Assembly: GCA_951406725.2 (NCBI GenBank)
Contig: OX597814.1
Coordinates: 210,924,001 to 210,988,000 of the forward strand
Source of the DNA: Octopus vulgaris
Taxonomy: Eukaryota
Direction of reading: 5' to 3'
DNA: 64,000 nucleotides
Shown here one piece after another: positions 16,371-30,380 of the stretch (position 1 is its first letter; each line of letters begins with the position of its first letter). The position numbers and the translations under genes are program-made. The notes under the pieces were generated by a model. The model was not told the DNA's origin and did not search any database. It worked only from the letters and a program-made list of their open reading frames with translations.

Positions 16371-16714
16371 TATTTTCTTTACAATAAAATTATTCAGTAG
16401 AAATAATTATTTATCTTCTAGCAGACACAATGGCTTATACTTACCATACATGATGGAAAAGTATTACACAACATATCTATATCTTGTCAATAGCTCCATT
16501 TATCTATCTATCTATTCATAGACATGCACAAACACACACACACAGACTTATGTATATGTATGTATGCATACATGTATATATATATACATACATACATAAA
16601 TACATACATACATGCATAAATACGTACATACATACATACATATATATTTGTATGTGGTGCACCTGAGCACTGTATACAATAATTTCATTATATTATTATA
16701 CATATATATGCACA

Positions 16715-16865
16715 CACTTAAGTGGTTGAGTGTTAAGAAGATTATTTGCCAGCCACATGTTTCGTTTTCACTCCCAATGCGTTGCAGTTTTGGCAAGTGT
16801 CAACTATGAAGACGGACCCACCAAATCCTTGTGAGTTGATGTGATACCTTGAAACTGAAAACTAT
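16715..16865 (+). mobile_element. Diverged 5' fragment of SINE family C
   Basis: gccacatgtttcg...tcactcccaatgcgttgcagttttggcaagtgtc...ccttgtgagt aligns with 48960-49100. Confidence 0.6.
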
Positions 16866-19581
16866 GAAAATGGAGACAGAAAATCTACCAATAATGTACA
16901 TGGTAATGTGTAAAATATTCATACACAGTACAGCTAAGCCAATTGACTCATGGGAGGAATGTTTAATGAAAGCAGCAGATGACTGGGTGTGTGACCCATC
17001 TATCAGCCGTTAAAAATGTCGCCCAGATAATCCTAAGCTTCTATATGCGGGATATAAAACAAATGGTTATAGGTTGAACTGACTGGCTCTCTTTTGTAAC
17101 AAGCAGTATGGAAAACGTTGCAGTTTAGGCATTAAATTAAAGGACCCTGACTTTGAAACTAAATTCTTACCATAAAGTTGCAGCGAGAATCATTTTGATC
17201 AGATGTAATGACAATAAATATTGTGTTTAAAACTGTTTAAAAATAGAGCTATTAAAGAAATGGCAAAGGACTAACGGAAGTGAATTTCGAGGAAAACTAC
17301 TTGTCCCACACTGCACTGCTGTCTCAAATGGAAATGCTTATGATATGCGAGATAATGCAAACATGATACAAGTTAACAACTTAAGACGTCGACAGAGTGC
17401 AGAATAAGGCAGCTTAGATGATTTCAAAAGTGATGGTTTCCATGCATCTCAGAGTTATGTTCCGAAACGCTTGATTGAAAGAAAGTTCTTCTCTTAAAAC
17501 CTCTGCTCTTCTGCTTATGCTAGAGTTTCTTAAACAGTACATATTTGCGTATGTGCGTTTGTGTGTTTATGTACTTATGTAGTCTCAGAAACATTCTTTA
17601 CAGACACTTCAATAACCAAATCGGTGGAGCATATACTGTGTCTCATAACGTACTGGTGTATCTTAGGTAAGACAATTGCAGTCTTGTACAGGGAAATAAC
17701 TCTGCCCCAACTGTTGTAGTTCTCTTAATTTTTACACTTATCTTTTATATTTCTCAGTTGTTAATTTCTCATGTGTTACCTTTATTTTTACTTGTTCATT
17801 TTCTGTCATATTCACAAGTTATTTAACTTATACTAGCTTCTCTTATCTTCACTTAGCTGAGTGTCCCATGATTATCCTGATGCTATACCTCACTCACTCC
17901 TTTCACCTTTCAGTTTCCCAATCTCTCCTAGTAACGCCGTTATCTCTGTGTCTTATTTTCTTCTAGCTGCGCTGTTGACAAATCGATATGTGTCATCTAA
18001 CTCTCATCCACGTTGCTATTTTCTTCCTGGATTTTTCTGCAAGATACATCTCCTATGCTATTTTTTCCCTTCTTTCCATGTTTTCTTTTTTTTTGGGATG
18101 TTGACACACGTCTAAATATTTCTCTACATATCACAACTCTTAACAACCTATGTTTTTATTTCTCTACCGTTGTTAATGTTTGCTATATTATACGCTTATG
18201 ATTATTTTTATACGTTCCTCAAATCTAAATGCTTGTAGCTAAAGCTGCGCTCATCGCGTGAATTTAAATTGCTATGGTTTGTTTCTCGGTATAGTTTAGT
18301 TCTAATTTCTGAAATTTTGTTGCTACCGTGTTCTTGGTTATATAAATCGTCGCATTTTTCCGACGCTGCCTTGTTGCATTTCTTCTAAGATTTCTTGCAT
18401 GTAAGTGGAATACATCAAAATGCACCTTGTTTCCATTTGAGAGTACTCTGTGTGCAAACTTGGATGATACAAAAGATTTTCTTAGACAAATAAAATATCT
18501 TTTCTTTATCAAATGAACGGAATAAATACCATTGAAAACATTCGGATGTATTTAACTGCTAATGATAATGTCAGTCATAAAAATAATTATAGTTTTCCTT
18601 ATTGCTCACATGGGAATAAGACCACGAAAAATATTCAAGAACAAAACACGAAAAAAAAAAATATTTTGAAGCAAGGATGGATTTTAATTTCACTAAAATC
18701 AATACATTGGAAAAAGCCAATAAACACAATAAACAGATTAAATCTTCAATAACACATGACAAAACTGCCAAGATATAATGAAGCACAAAATGGCAGTCAA
18801 AGGAAAGTAAGATTGGAGACGCTCAGTATACAACTTTGGTTTCTTTTAAAGCTTTGAAGGCAAAGAAATTGACCCACTTTTTCATGCAAAGTTGGTTTCG
18901 CATTTTTAGATTTAGCCAATATTATGAATTTTACTACTTTCGTATATTCAAATTAGAATATACTTCAGATATGAATCGCTATAATCAACGAATACTACTC
19001 TCTTTAATTTGTGTATAAATGTGGCGCGGACTAGAAGTTTAAAAAAATGCTTTCACGTTTAACACTTAAATAGGTGCCACTACAAAATATAATGTATACA
19101 CAGCAATCACTCTTCCATTACCTTTTTTTTAACTTTTTGATCTCAGAGCTAACTCCTTCAGCCAGCAAGACATATGAGACTGGATTGTTGACTAACTTGT
19201 TACGTGGGGTTTATAATACGCTGGATGTATGCATAGCTGGTGCTCTACCCAGCAGATAATAGATACAATGAACATATTACACACAACAAATAGACTCAGT
19301 AAAAGGAGTTTCAAATATTTTGTCTGGATCAATGCGCCTCGTCAATCACATAGAAAATACAAAATACACCAACAATGTCACACTGCGAAAGATTACGTAA
19401 CTTAATCAGATTAAGTGCGATCTTTCAAATATAAAAGTCATATTAAACTGGAGAACTGCAAGAAATACATTAGAACAAATCTATTTAGATGCAACTGAGT
19501 GAGCCAGAGGCCATTTGAATTTACAGTTTTATAATAATATATTTAATGATGTAATAAATATATATATATTGCAAATATTAT

Positions 19582-20147
19582 AGGCTCAAGTATAGTTGTG
19601 CAGTAAGAAGTTGGCTTCCCAGTTACATGGTTTGGGGTCTAGTCTCACTGCTCACTGACCGAGCCGACGAAAGAATTATGAGCAGATATGGTTAACGTAA
19701 GCTGAAAGAAGCCCGTCGTCTATATGTGTGTGTGTTGTGTATGTGTGTGTTGTGTGTATGTGTGCGTTGTGTGTATGTGTGCGTTGTGTGTATGTGTGTG
19801 TGTTGTGTATGTGTGTGTTGTGTTTATGTGTGTGTGTTGTGTATGTGTGCGTTGTGTGTATGTGTGTGTGTGTGTGTATGTGTGTGTGTTGTGTATGTGT
19901 GCGTTGTGTGTATGTGTGTGTGTTGTGTGTATGTGTGTGTGTTGTGTGTGTATGTGTGAGTGTATGTGTGAGTGTATGTGTCATCATCGATTGACAACTA
20001 GTGCCGGTCTGTTTACATCTCCGTAACCTAGCAGTTCAGTAAAAGAGACCAATAGAATAAGTGTAACGAGATCGATTTCTTCGACTACAAGCTCCTCAGG
20101 CTGGTGTGCCAGCATGGTCTGAGTCTAATGAACGAAATAAAAAAGAG
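19582..20147 (+). mobile_element. SINE family C with expanded internal GT-rich minisatellite
   Basis: Head (19582-19720) and tail (19985-20147) match the 48946 copy. 19722-19980 is a tgtgtgttgtgta-type array. Confidence 0.8.
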
Positions 20148-20169
20148 GTAAACTATAAAAGATTACATA

Positions 20170-20410
20170 GAAACTACTAGAAAGAGGGAAAAGGCCGACT
20201 ACTCCTTCAACGTACATAACAAGAGGAAGATGAAACATAAAGCTGCTACATGATATACAGATTAATACAAAGTGCAGGAGCAAATTAAAATGAGGTAAGT
20301 CTAAGCACTGGATTACAGAATCAGAACTGAAGCAGGAGACTAAATGGTTTCTTCACTGCAGCACAGTCTTGGAAACAGTAAGCAGAAAATGAAATGCAAG
20401 GCAGAAATAT
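20170..20410 (+). pseudogene. Degraded R4/Dong-like LINE ORF fragment
   Basis: 20307-20366 reads HWITESELKQETK..F.TAAQ across a frameshift, resembling the W...LK.ETEG...AAQDQ motif also seen near 57560-57600. Confidence 0.4.
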
Positions 20411-20857
20411 TCAGCGGAGTTATAAAGTTTCCGAAGTAACACTCAGCTACATGGATCCTGGTTTCCCGGTTATCAGCAACCAGAGAAATATATGTATACA
20501 TATATACATGCATACATACATACATACGTACATACATACATACATACATACATATATACATACATAAATACATACATAAATACATACATACATACATACA
20601 TGCATACGTACATGCATACATAGTTATGAATACATACAAATATACATATTCATACTTATACAGATGTGTGTATGTACGCATACAGACACGAAAATCTTAG
20701 ATCTTTCATCTACTGCATATTAAGCTAGTATTATTAAATGGAACCAGTAAAACGTATGGCAAAAATTGTATTCCAGAAAAAGCACATACGGTATGCCAAA
20801 TCATATAACAAAATTCACAGTCAAGGTAATTGGATGCGTACTTATGTCAGTTACACC

Positions 20858-20860
<3 letters not shown>

Positions 20861-20925
<65 letters not shown>

Positions 20926-20988
20926 GTAATGATACTAGTAATAATAATAATAACGATATACTACTACTACTACTACTACTACTACTGC

Positions 20989-21035
<47 letters not shown>

Positions 21036-21047
21036 TTAATAATAATA

Positions 21048-21083
<36 letters not shown>

Positions 21084-21116
21084 GTAATAATAATAGTAAT
21101 AATAACAATAACGATA

Positions 21117-21190
<74 letters not shown>

Positions 21191-21214
21191 GTAATAATAA
21201 TAATAATAATAATA

Positions 21215-21286
<72 letters not shown>

Positions 21287-21307
21287 GTAATAATAATACT
21301 AATAATA

Positions 21308-21390
<83 letters not shown>

Positions 21391-21417
21391 GAAGAAGAAG
21401 AAGAAGAAGAAGAAGAC
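20861..21417. repeat. Long compound (AAT)n/(TAC)n/(GAA)n tract
   Basis: Direct reading. The junction motif aacgatatactactac occurs twice (~20952 and ~21110). Confidence 0.95.
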
Positions 21418-21419
21418 GA

Positions 21420-21660
21420 AAATGTGATTTTTGCTGCTTTCCTGTCTGCACACGAGCCTCAGCATTCAGGCCTGTTTGCTGGATAAGTACTGGTCCATTC
21501 CTATTACGTCTTATTTACGGTTCATTCTTCTCCCACCATTACCTCTAGGTAGGTACAGATGATCAATGTCTGCTTTTGAGTGGTGCATGTGCAGAGACGT
21601 TTGTAGTTTTCTTGTCTTCCTTTCCAGGTGTGACAGTAGCTGTTCGACATATGCCACAAT
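21420..21660 (-). pseudogene. R4/Dong-like LINE RT fragment
   Basis: ORF 21511-21798 contains RKTRKLQTSLHMHHSKADIDHLYLPRGNGGR, matching the KTRKL...HHPKAD..RLYLPR..GGRG motif of RLE-type LINEs. Confidence 0.75.
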
Positions 21661-23413
21661 CAGCAATGCCCGGACACTAAACGAGGTCGTGGATAACGGT
21701 TTCGCCACATTGTGCGCACGTCGGAGTTTATCTCGAATAAGTAGCACCCACCCCATCCAGTAGCACTGCCATGCGAAGGACGTCTGGAAATTATCCATGA
21801 TGGTTTCCGACCGGAAAGTCCTGCAGAATAGACTAGCCGATTCGTTTTCGTTGGTACTCAGAGTCCTCTCGAGAAAGTCGTCACACTTACCCCACCACTA
21901 ATTCGCTATAAATTTCTAAAGCGGAACATCTACCGATCCCATTGCCTGAGTGGGTGGTAGAGGGCTGTGAGGGCCTGACGACAATGAGAATAAATGATAT
22001 ATGAGGTTTCTGACCAGCTACTCTCACCAACAAATGAGAAATTCTCTAGATTATAACGGATCAGGAAATATAGATAAACAGTATGCGCGGATGGAAAACA
22101 AAAACGATCTGTATTATATATGTCTTGCTATTTTATTAAAATGCTGTTGTGTACAAATACATTATGCAATATTTGCGGGTCACACATATACACACTACTG
22201 TGAAAATAACACTAAATTGTACCTTGAACATATACGTAGAATATGTTGAAAGAAACTCAAACCTCAAAAACAGAACTACGCACCTAAACTGAGGGAAACA
22301 GCTCTGATCAATTATGGAGTGATAGCACAATAAGTTTAAAATATCTAAGTAGTGATTATAATAATGATGATAGCATGTTGAAAAAGAAATAAAGAAGAAA
22401 AATCGAAGTCTCATAATGATGAATATGGAATAAAAGGATATGTGATTTATTTAATACGTTTGTGTTCATGAATGGATACTTTCATTGTATGAATGAGTTA
22501 ATGACATGTTTTACTATCTGAAAGGCCATCGTTTTGTTTAAGATTTCCGTGAAAACCTGTTTGTTCAGATAATATACATAGTAGTGAACATCGTGCAGTT
22601 TCCTCTAGTAGTTATATCCTATCGATCAATATTTACAATAATAGTACGTAAAGTAGAAAAAAAAGGGAACGGCATGGAGTCCATGGCTTGCTTCTAAGTG
22701 AAAATTAAGTTTATTTAACATGTAATGTATATATTCTTAATAGAAAAAACCAATATATAACATTTATAAAGGAAAGGTACTAATTAGAATTAATAAGTGA
22801 TTATTTGATAATCACTTACAAGTGAATTACATGCTTCACAATAGAGGGAAACATAGCAATAACCATTTTGTTTAGAAATAGACCACTGACATAAAGATCT
22901 CGATGGAAACTGATTGATTACTGTGTGAAAAGCGAAAATGTATAAATATAAGTGAACTGTATGATGTAGCAAAACAATCTAATATCAAAAACAATTATCT
23001 GCCATCGATTCAAGATATATATATATATATACATGTACGTATTTTTGTATGATAAATCTATCGTTAGATCAATAAAATAAATAAACGAAGTTACATCGAA
23101 GGGAATAAGGATAAAAGTAACATTGCCAATATGAAATAAAGCTACAAATTATCACAGGCCTGCTAAAAAAAAAAAATATAAAAAGAAAGAGAGAGAAACA
23201 TTTCTGCACAGATTAATGCGAAGAAATTTTTAGAAACTACAAACATTATATCTCATCCACGCACAAAGTGTGAGCAGATATATAGGTTAACAAAATTCGT
23301 AAACCTTACTTCTGTGTTTGGAGTGCATGCTACTGGAGATTACGCAAAATGAATTGTTGTCAGTAACATATCAACATTCGGAATGGTATATGTATGTATG
23401 TGTACACATATAT

Positions 23414-23504
<91 letters not shown>

Positions 23505-23632
23505 TATATACACACACATATATATATATATGTGTGTGTGCATTTATATTATATATATATATATACATATATACACACATATATATGTGTGTGCATGTAT
23601 ATTTTATATATATATATACATATATATATATA

Positions 23633-23680
<48 letters not shown>

Positions 23681-23767
23681 TATATATACATACATACACA
23701 CAGATTTATATGTGTGCGCATGCGTGAATGATGTCTATATATATATTTGTGTGTGTGTGTATGTATG

Positions 23768-23801
<34 letters not shown>

Positions 23802-24024
23802 GCGGTATATTCTGTATGTGCACATACACAATATGTACATACATATATGTATATAGTGTGTTTGTGAATAGATAGACAAAAAGACACAGAGAGAGAGAGA
23901 GAGAGTGTGTGTGAGAGCGAGAGTGAGGAGAGAAAAAGAGAGAGAGATTTTTGAATGTTGGAATTTTTCTACATTGAAACAGCGTATGTAAGTATATATC
24001 AAAAATTTCAAATATATATATATG

Positions 24025-24055
<31 letters not shown>

Positions 24056-25066
24056 CTTTTGAGTACTGACAAATAATTTTGGAGACTACATATACAAAGA
24101 AGGTTCATTTAAAACATGACAACATCACTATTCTGCATCTTACTACAGGGACAACAGCACGTGCATGTTAATCAAGAATGATCAGTCAGTAGACAATCTG
24201 AGAGACAACGCAATATCTATAGTTAACATATCCTATTGTGTGGACGATGATATTATCATCAAATACATTTTTAAAAAATAGCTTCAAAAGCGGAAGGATT
24301 ACATACAGAGACTGCACCAAGAAACGGACGAAAGAATGAAATAAATACGATTTAAATTAGTTAACTACAAGAATTAGCATTTATATTATCTTCACCAATA
24401 CTGCTCATATTTTATATAGATTCTTAATACAAGAAATTCGAAACTGATCCAGATATTTTACTGACTGGGAATATTGTTGCTCTAAAATGTATTCTCAACA
24501 TGTGAATTGATAATAGATATCTAGTACATAAGAGTTTATGGAAGACTGCTAAATGCTCCAGCAAATCTTGCTTCTATGCATGTTCTTCATACTGTGTTCA
24601 ACAATGACCCGTAAATATATGCTACCAGGAAACCAGTTAGGAAACCACCTAAAATACTCATTTACAAAACATTAGGTATACTTTACATCACGGAAAGTTA
24701 TATGGAGCATCAGGTGAGCATCACTATGTAAAGAGATCATCGATGTTTGAAGTTGTGATCTTTGATCTTTCAAAGACCTGTACGTAAAAAAAAAAATGGT
24801 GTCAAACACCGATTCAGTAGAGAAGAGTTCTTAATCTAACTTTATCAAAGGAATTATATACGAAGATTGAATACCTTCAATATTGCTATTCTATTGTTTG
24901 AATGCATAATGTAGAGTTAGTACTGGTATATGTTTAATTAGTTTATTAATGCCTACTAGCAGTAACCGTAGAAATTCCACTGTTATTTTGTAAATTGTAT
25001 GATAGAATTGTATGCTTTCCTAAAAAAATTGCTTTTTGCGAAGGTGTAAAACACCACACATAACGA

Positions 25067-25152
<86 letters not shown>

Positions 25153-26299
25153 GTCTTACTATCTGTTCTACTTATAGTTCTATTGATCTCTATATCTACT
25201 CTGGCAATGAGGAAAATATTTTAAACAAAAAGAAAATATAAAAAAAGAAATGTAAGTAATTGCGGCGCCCCAATGTGGCCTTAGTCTTTGAGCTGCTACA
25301 CATAAAAAAGGTAATAGAAACAGTTACAAGTATTTCTTAAGGTTGTTTCATTTGATTGTCGATATACCTTATTATGCGTCTTTCCATCTTTTATCCGTGA
25401 ATATATCTCAATCCACATAGATACCGCGGCAGATTGAAGATATAGAAACGGTTGAGCATTAAAACCTTTAACAACAAATAAACTTTATCTTTTATGTCTG
25501 TCACAACATTCTGCTATAACTGTTTGTACTCAACACTTACTCATTCTCTTTCTCTCATCTTCTCCTTGCCTCTGTCGTCAAAATGTTTTGCTCTCTTTTT
25601 CTATCTCTTCCTTCAAGTAACCGTGTAATATAATAGCATTACCTTTCTTCTGCTTCTTACCACAAACTCTTTTTTCTCTCTTTCTATTTCTCATTCTCTC
25701 TTTCCTTCTCTACTTTGAAGTAACCTCGTGACAGAGTAATGCTTTCCTTGGCAATAGCGTTACTAATCTCTCTCTTTCTCTGCCTCTCATTCTGAATGTA
25801 ACTTTCCCCGTCGCTTTATGTATCTTTCTTTCTTAAACCTCACCACCATATCATCCGTGTGATAAATACTGCATTTCTAACTTCCTATATTCTCTCTTCA
25901 ACTAACTTTTTAACCATACAATAACTCTTACATTTCCTTTATTTCACGTCGCTAACATTCCATTCTCCCTATTTTTTCTCTCGCACTTCACCTCTGTCTT
26001 CAAGAAATAACATCACAGTTTAACGCATTCTGCCTTTGTGTACTAATATGCAGATGCTTTACTGACTGAAACAGATTAGCACGTCATGGATCTCTTTGAA
26101 TTTATTTAAATATATTGTAGATTGTAGATGTTTATATTTCTAAAAGGAACTCCCAATGCTTCCTCAAATCGAGACTTTTGTACGATGAAATTTCGATAAC
26201 CTAAAAAACATAATGTCCAATATTTAGAGGATGTTCAAGGTGAATTTTACATTCTGCATAAAAGTAAGATAAAACATCATATTATATCCGAAAATAAAA

Positions 26300-27300
26300 G
26301 TATTTAAAAAACAATTCGCTAAATATTAAGTAGGGTTGTGGCTAGGATATAGCAGTTTACTCAAAGTAACCTCATTCAGCTTAAACAACAGCCCAAAGAT
26401 GGCTCTGAAACCGAGTGTATGTCTTCTTAATTGTGCCCCTTCAAAATTATTAGAACAATTCTTTCTTCATGGCCACCAGCTTGGCCTTGATGTTGCAGAA
26501 AGAGTGGTTGGTGCGTTTCTCACCGGAACCCCACACATAGTCGGCGAAAGAAACAAACTCGAAATAGGACGACTGAAGCTGTAGATATTCCTCGACAACC
26601 ACCCCCTGGTTATATTTGGTGGAATGGCATGCATCCGAATCCTCCTGCCGATTACATGGCATTGAGGCAGCAACCATCTTCGGCTAGGGATGGACCAAGG
26701 TCTCCAGCAGCGTTTGGTAGCTATCTCAATTAAGGCAAAGGCCCTGTTTAAATTAGTGGTTAGTATGACATCACCGTCACAGGAGACATACTTAAAAAGC
26801 ATCGCAGTTTGAGAGAACTCGGTTTCTATGATACGAAAGATATCACATAGATTGTAGCCAAATATTGCTGTGGGTGTTATAAAACTAGACTTGGCAGACG
26901 TCATTTTCATCTGAGAAGAACTAGATCATCCTCGGTTCAACAGAATGTCTCAGTTTTTTCTTCGCGTTCAATGAAGCGTTCTTCCTTGGCCGTGGCTGTC
27001 AGTTTTTGTCTCTTGCTCCTCTTGTACGAGTTGTAGTGAAGGATCCCTTTCAGGAGCATCATGGTTGTGACTCTAACATTCATCTCTTTCACCAAACCAT
27101 GGAATCCCTTGGTCGGATCTTCCATCACATTATCAGTTGCAGCTGTCCGTGTGACGTCCTACAGCCTCTGCAGTGTTCACGGACCATTGAGCAGCAATCA
27201 TGAAGCCGGTATTTTGATACACGTCGGGAATCATTATGACACATGTAAATATTTTAAAGTATTCTGATGGCTTTCCAGTTCTCCATATCAGCTAACTTTT
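26300..27300 (-). mobile_element. Degenerate Tc1/mariner-superfamily transposase (DD37D/maT-like)
   Basis: Across frames: EDPTKGFHGLVKEMNV...YNSYK...QKLTATAKEER; FFSDEN; VSCDGDV; RQEDSDACHS; DYVWGSGEKRTN. Contains stops and frameshifts; TIRs not resolved. Confidence 0.75.
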
Positions 27301-27651
27301 TGTCAACTACCAATTTAAACTTCATTCTCTTCAGCGCCTGTAATTTTTCACCAATTCGTAAAAGGAATCATCAATTAGTCTTCAATTTTTGCCCTAACAT
27401 GCTGTATAGCTTTACCATGGGATTGTTAACAATTTGGATGGTCACCCATGTTATATACTTTAATTAGCATTGACAAACTAGAAAATATCCTAAGGAAATC
27501 AGCATCTCATTTTTGCACCTGAGATTAGTTTAATAACTATAATGCATTAGAAATATAAAATATAATTCATGCTTTACTGGAACTGAATATTTGTCAAGTA
27601 CGTTGACACGTCAGACGATAGAATGGTAATTGATATATTGGTATTGCAATA

Positions 27652-27860
27652 AGACGGCGAGCGGGCAGTATCGTTAACAAACCGGGTGAAATGCTTAATC
27701 GTGTTTCGTTCGTTTTTACTGAGTTCACAAATCCACCGAGATCGACTTTGCAGTTTGTCCTTTTGGAGTCGATGAAATAAGTCTATGTTAAGCATTGGTG
27801 TCAATGTAAACGAATTACTTACTTCCACGATATTGCTGGCCTTGTACCAAAATGTGAAAG
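27652..27860 (+). mobile_element. Diverged SINE family B
   Basis: gacggcgagcgggcagtatcgttaac...ccgagatcgactttgc...gtcgatgaaataagt. Confidence 0.75.
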
Positions 27861-28519
27861 CAATATTTTGCTGTTACAATAATATAGCTGGCTGTCAGAA
27901 CTGCTAGTCTTGTGCCAAAATTTGAAACCAAAGTTTTACTGTTACATTTAAAGTTCATATTTGGAATATATTAAATAAATACCAGAGATATAGAGATATA
28001 GAAATATAGATATATAAAGATATAGAAATATATGGAATATATATGTATGTATGTATATTTATATATATGTATATCTAATATTTAGGTATTATTAGTAGTA
28101 AGAACAGTATCATTGTTAGTAGTAACTGTGTTATTAATTGCCAGTGTATGTTTGATAATACGACTATTACTAATACTAATACGATTATTATTACCAACTC
28201 TGCTGTTATTGTATTTAAGTTGAGATAATTATCCTTAAGGTTGCTGGCATTATCAGTTCATGATATTTCAAATAATTTCATCTGAATTAAACTCATACAT
28301 GTTTCTCTGTTGATAAGAATGGTTAATATTATAAATTTGATTATTACATTTCCAAACAGAATGAAACGAACTATTTTCAATCCTTAATAAAATGAACGAT
28401 TAGGTTACGCTCTTATCGCATATTTTCGATAAACTTAATATTTTCATTATTAAATACTCTAACAAAAAATACATTCGAACTTGTACATAACTGTGTACTT
28501 TCATGCGTGTATGTATTCA

Positions 28520-28574
<55 letters not shown>

Positions 28575-29447
28575 ATGTGTACGCCTGTGTATGTATTTGT
28601 ACCTGCGTCTTATAAATTCTTAACTTTTACATATCGTAATATTTCATCGTACCATTCGCTTTCCTTTTGGCAAATATTGGAAATTTGACTGTGTTGCTAG
28701 TAGTGAACATTGTCGTAAATAATTAATCATCAGTAGAGTGTGTTTAGTTAATGTAGATGGCTGGTATTTCCTCATTTAATTTGAGACGGAAAATTACATT
28801 AAAACTATTTAAATTATTACTAATTATTCCAGCTGATAACGATTTCATACATATGTAATTATATCGAATTCCCAGCTTGGAAATGAAATGTAAAATATGT
28901 TATTTAAAGTAGTTATTAGCAGACATGCCACAGCGACATTTGGATATTCTCAAGTGTTGATACGAACATGTATATTTAATCATAAAAACCCTGATTAGCT
29001 CCACAGCGAAAAAGCATAATTCCTGGAGAGAATGTGTAAATACTTTTGCTATCATGCAGATGAATAATAACATACCGTTAGCCGTTCGATGTAACAGAGA
29101 TATCGACATTGAAATGTGTTCCGAATCGGATATCAATTACTTTACCTCACTTCCAAGCTTATAGATACGATGAGCGAATTCTACTCGTAACTTTCAAGTC
29201 TCAAAGTCAGCCTGTTTTGCAATTTAGCAAATACTCTTTACTCTTTTTTTTACTCTTTTTCTTGTTGCAGTCATTTGACTGTGACCATGCTGGAGCACCA
29301 TTATTTATACAAAAAAACTATTACATTAATATGAAATAAGTAGCAGCAAATTACCAACATCATTAAACCAAGTCCAAAATGAAGACGAAAAGGAAGTAAT
29401 GTTTTTTAGTAAATCGGCTTATATGTACTGAGAGGTTTTATAGAATA

Positions 29448-29848
29448 CTAGCAGTATCGCCCGGCGTTGCTCGGGTTTGTAAGGGAAATAACTATATAAG
29501 CATTTTTAGAGAGTTATAGCCAAACAATAGCAAAAAAATGCATTAAAAATGGAAAAAAAATGATGGTAATTTTTTTTTAAATCGTTGACTCATCGTAGAC
29601 ATTTTTAGAGAGTTACTTCCCTTATATAATACCGACAAAATGCATTAAAATGGAATAAAATGATTGTAAATATTTTAAAAAATCGTAGACTCACCATAGA
29701 CGCGCGCTAATACCCAGAAGGGCTCGATATGAATCACGACTATAAGATTCCCGGTTTTGGTTAAACTGCACCGCAAAATGTGGGAGTAGTTAGGAATCTA
29801 AATCGTACGAGACAGACACTCACACAACTTCACTTTTATATATAAAGA
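29448..29848 (-). mobile_element. Non-autonomous Helitron
   Basis: Minus strand reads A|TCTTTATATATAAAAGTGAAG ... cccgagcaacgccggg-cgatactgCTAG|T. Confidence 0.9.
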
Positions 29849-30346
29849 TATCATTTTAATGCATATTATACATCGTGCGTACTATTATTACATACATTAT
29901 TACATACAGTGAGGCTGATATACAGAGTGACAAAGTGGAGCGAAATTATAGCATGAATATAAACAGAAAATCTCGCCTGTTGTTATTAGAATCCAAAATA
30001 AAACAAGAGTTAAAAGAGAATGCCGGATAATGAACAACACTACAATAAAGTCCCTTAATCCTAGTATTAAAGAACATAACAACGTTATACATTGTACAGG
30101 AGGATTACTAAAGGCTTATGAGTTCAGAAGAAACAAACGAATGAGTGCAGAAGTTATGAACAGAAGACACGAATGTATGGAGATATAAAATGGACCTCAA
30201 TAGAAACAAAATGAAGTGAAATAAAAAAAATAATTTATATGTACAAAGCACATTGAATGAAAAAAAACACATTATAACCTAATCCTCAAAGAAAACAACG
30301 AACATATCGCAACCGAATTTACCGCACAACAAATATATACGACGAG

Positions 30347-30380
<34 letters not shown>

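Noticed and set aside
21860-21980. HDV-like ribozyme at a putative LINE 5' end (minus strand)
   Set aside because: A hairpin and a CGAA are present, but I could not build P1, P1.1 and P3 pairings.
23318-24108. Long ORFs up to 245 aa (also 8877-9452, 20935-21465, 56379-56835, 62171-62571)
   Set aside because: Translations of (TA)n, (CA)n, (AAT)n and (CTA)n microsatellites; no coding signal.
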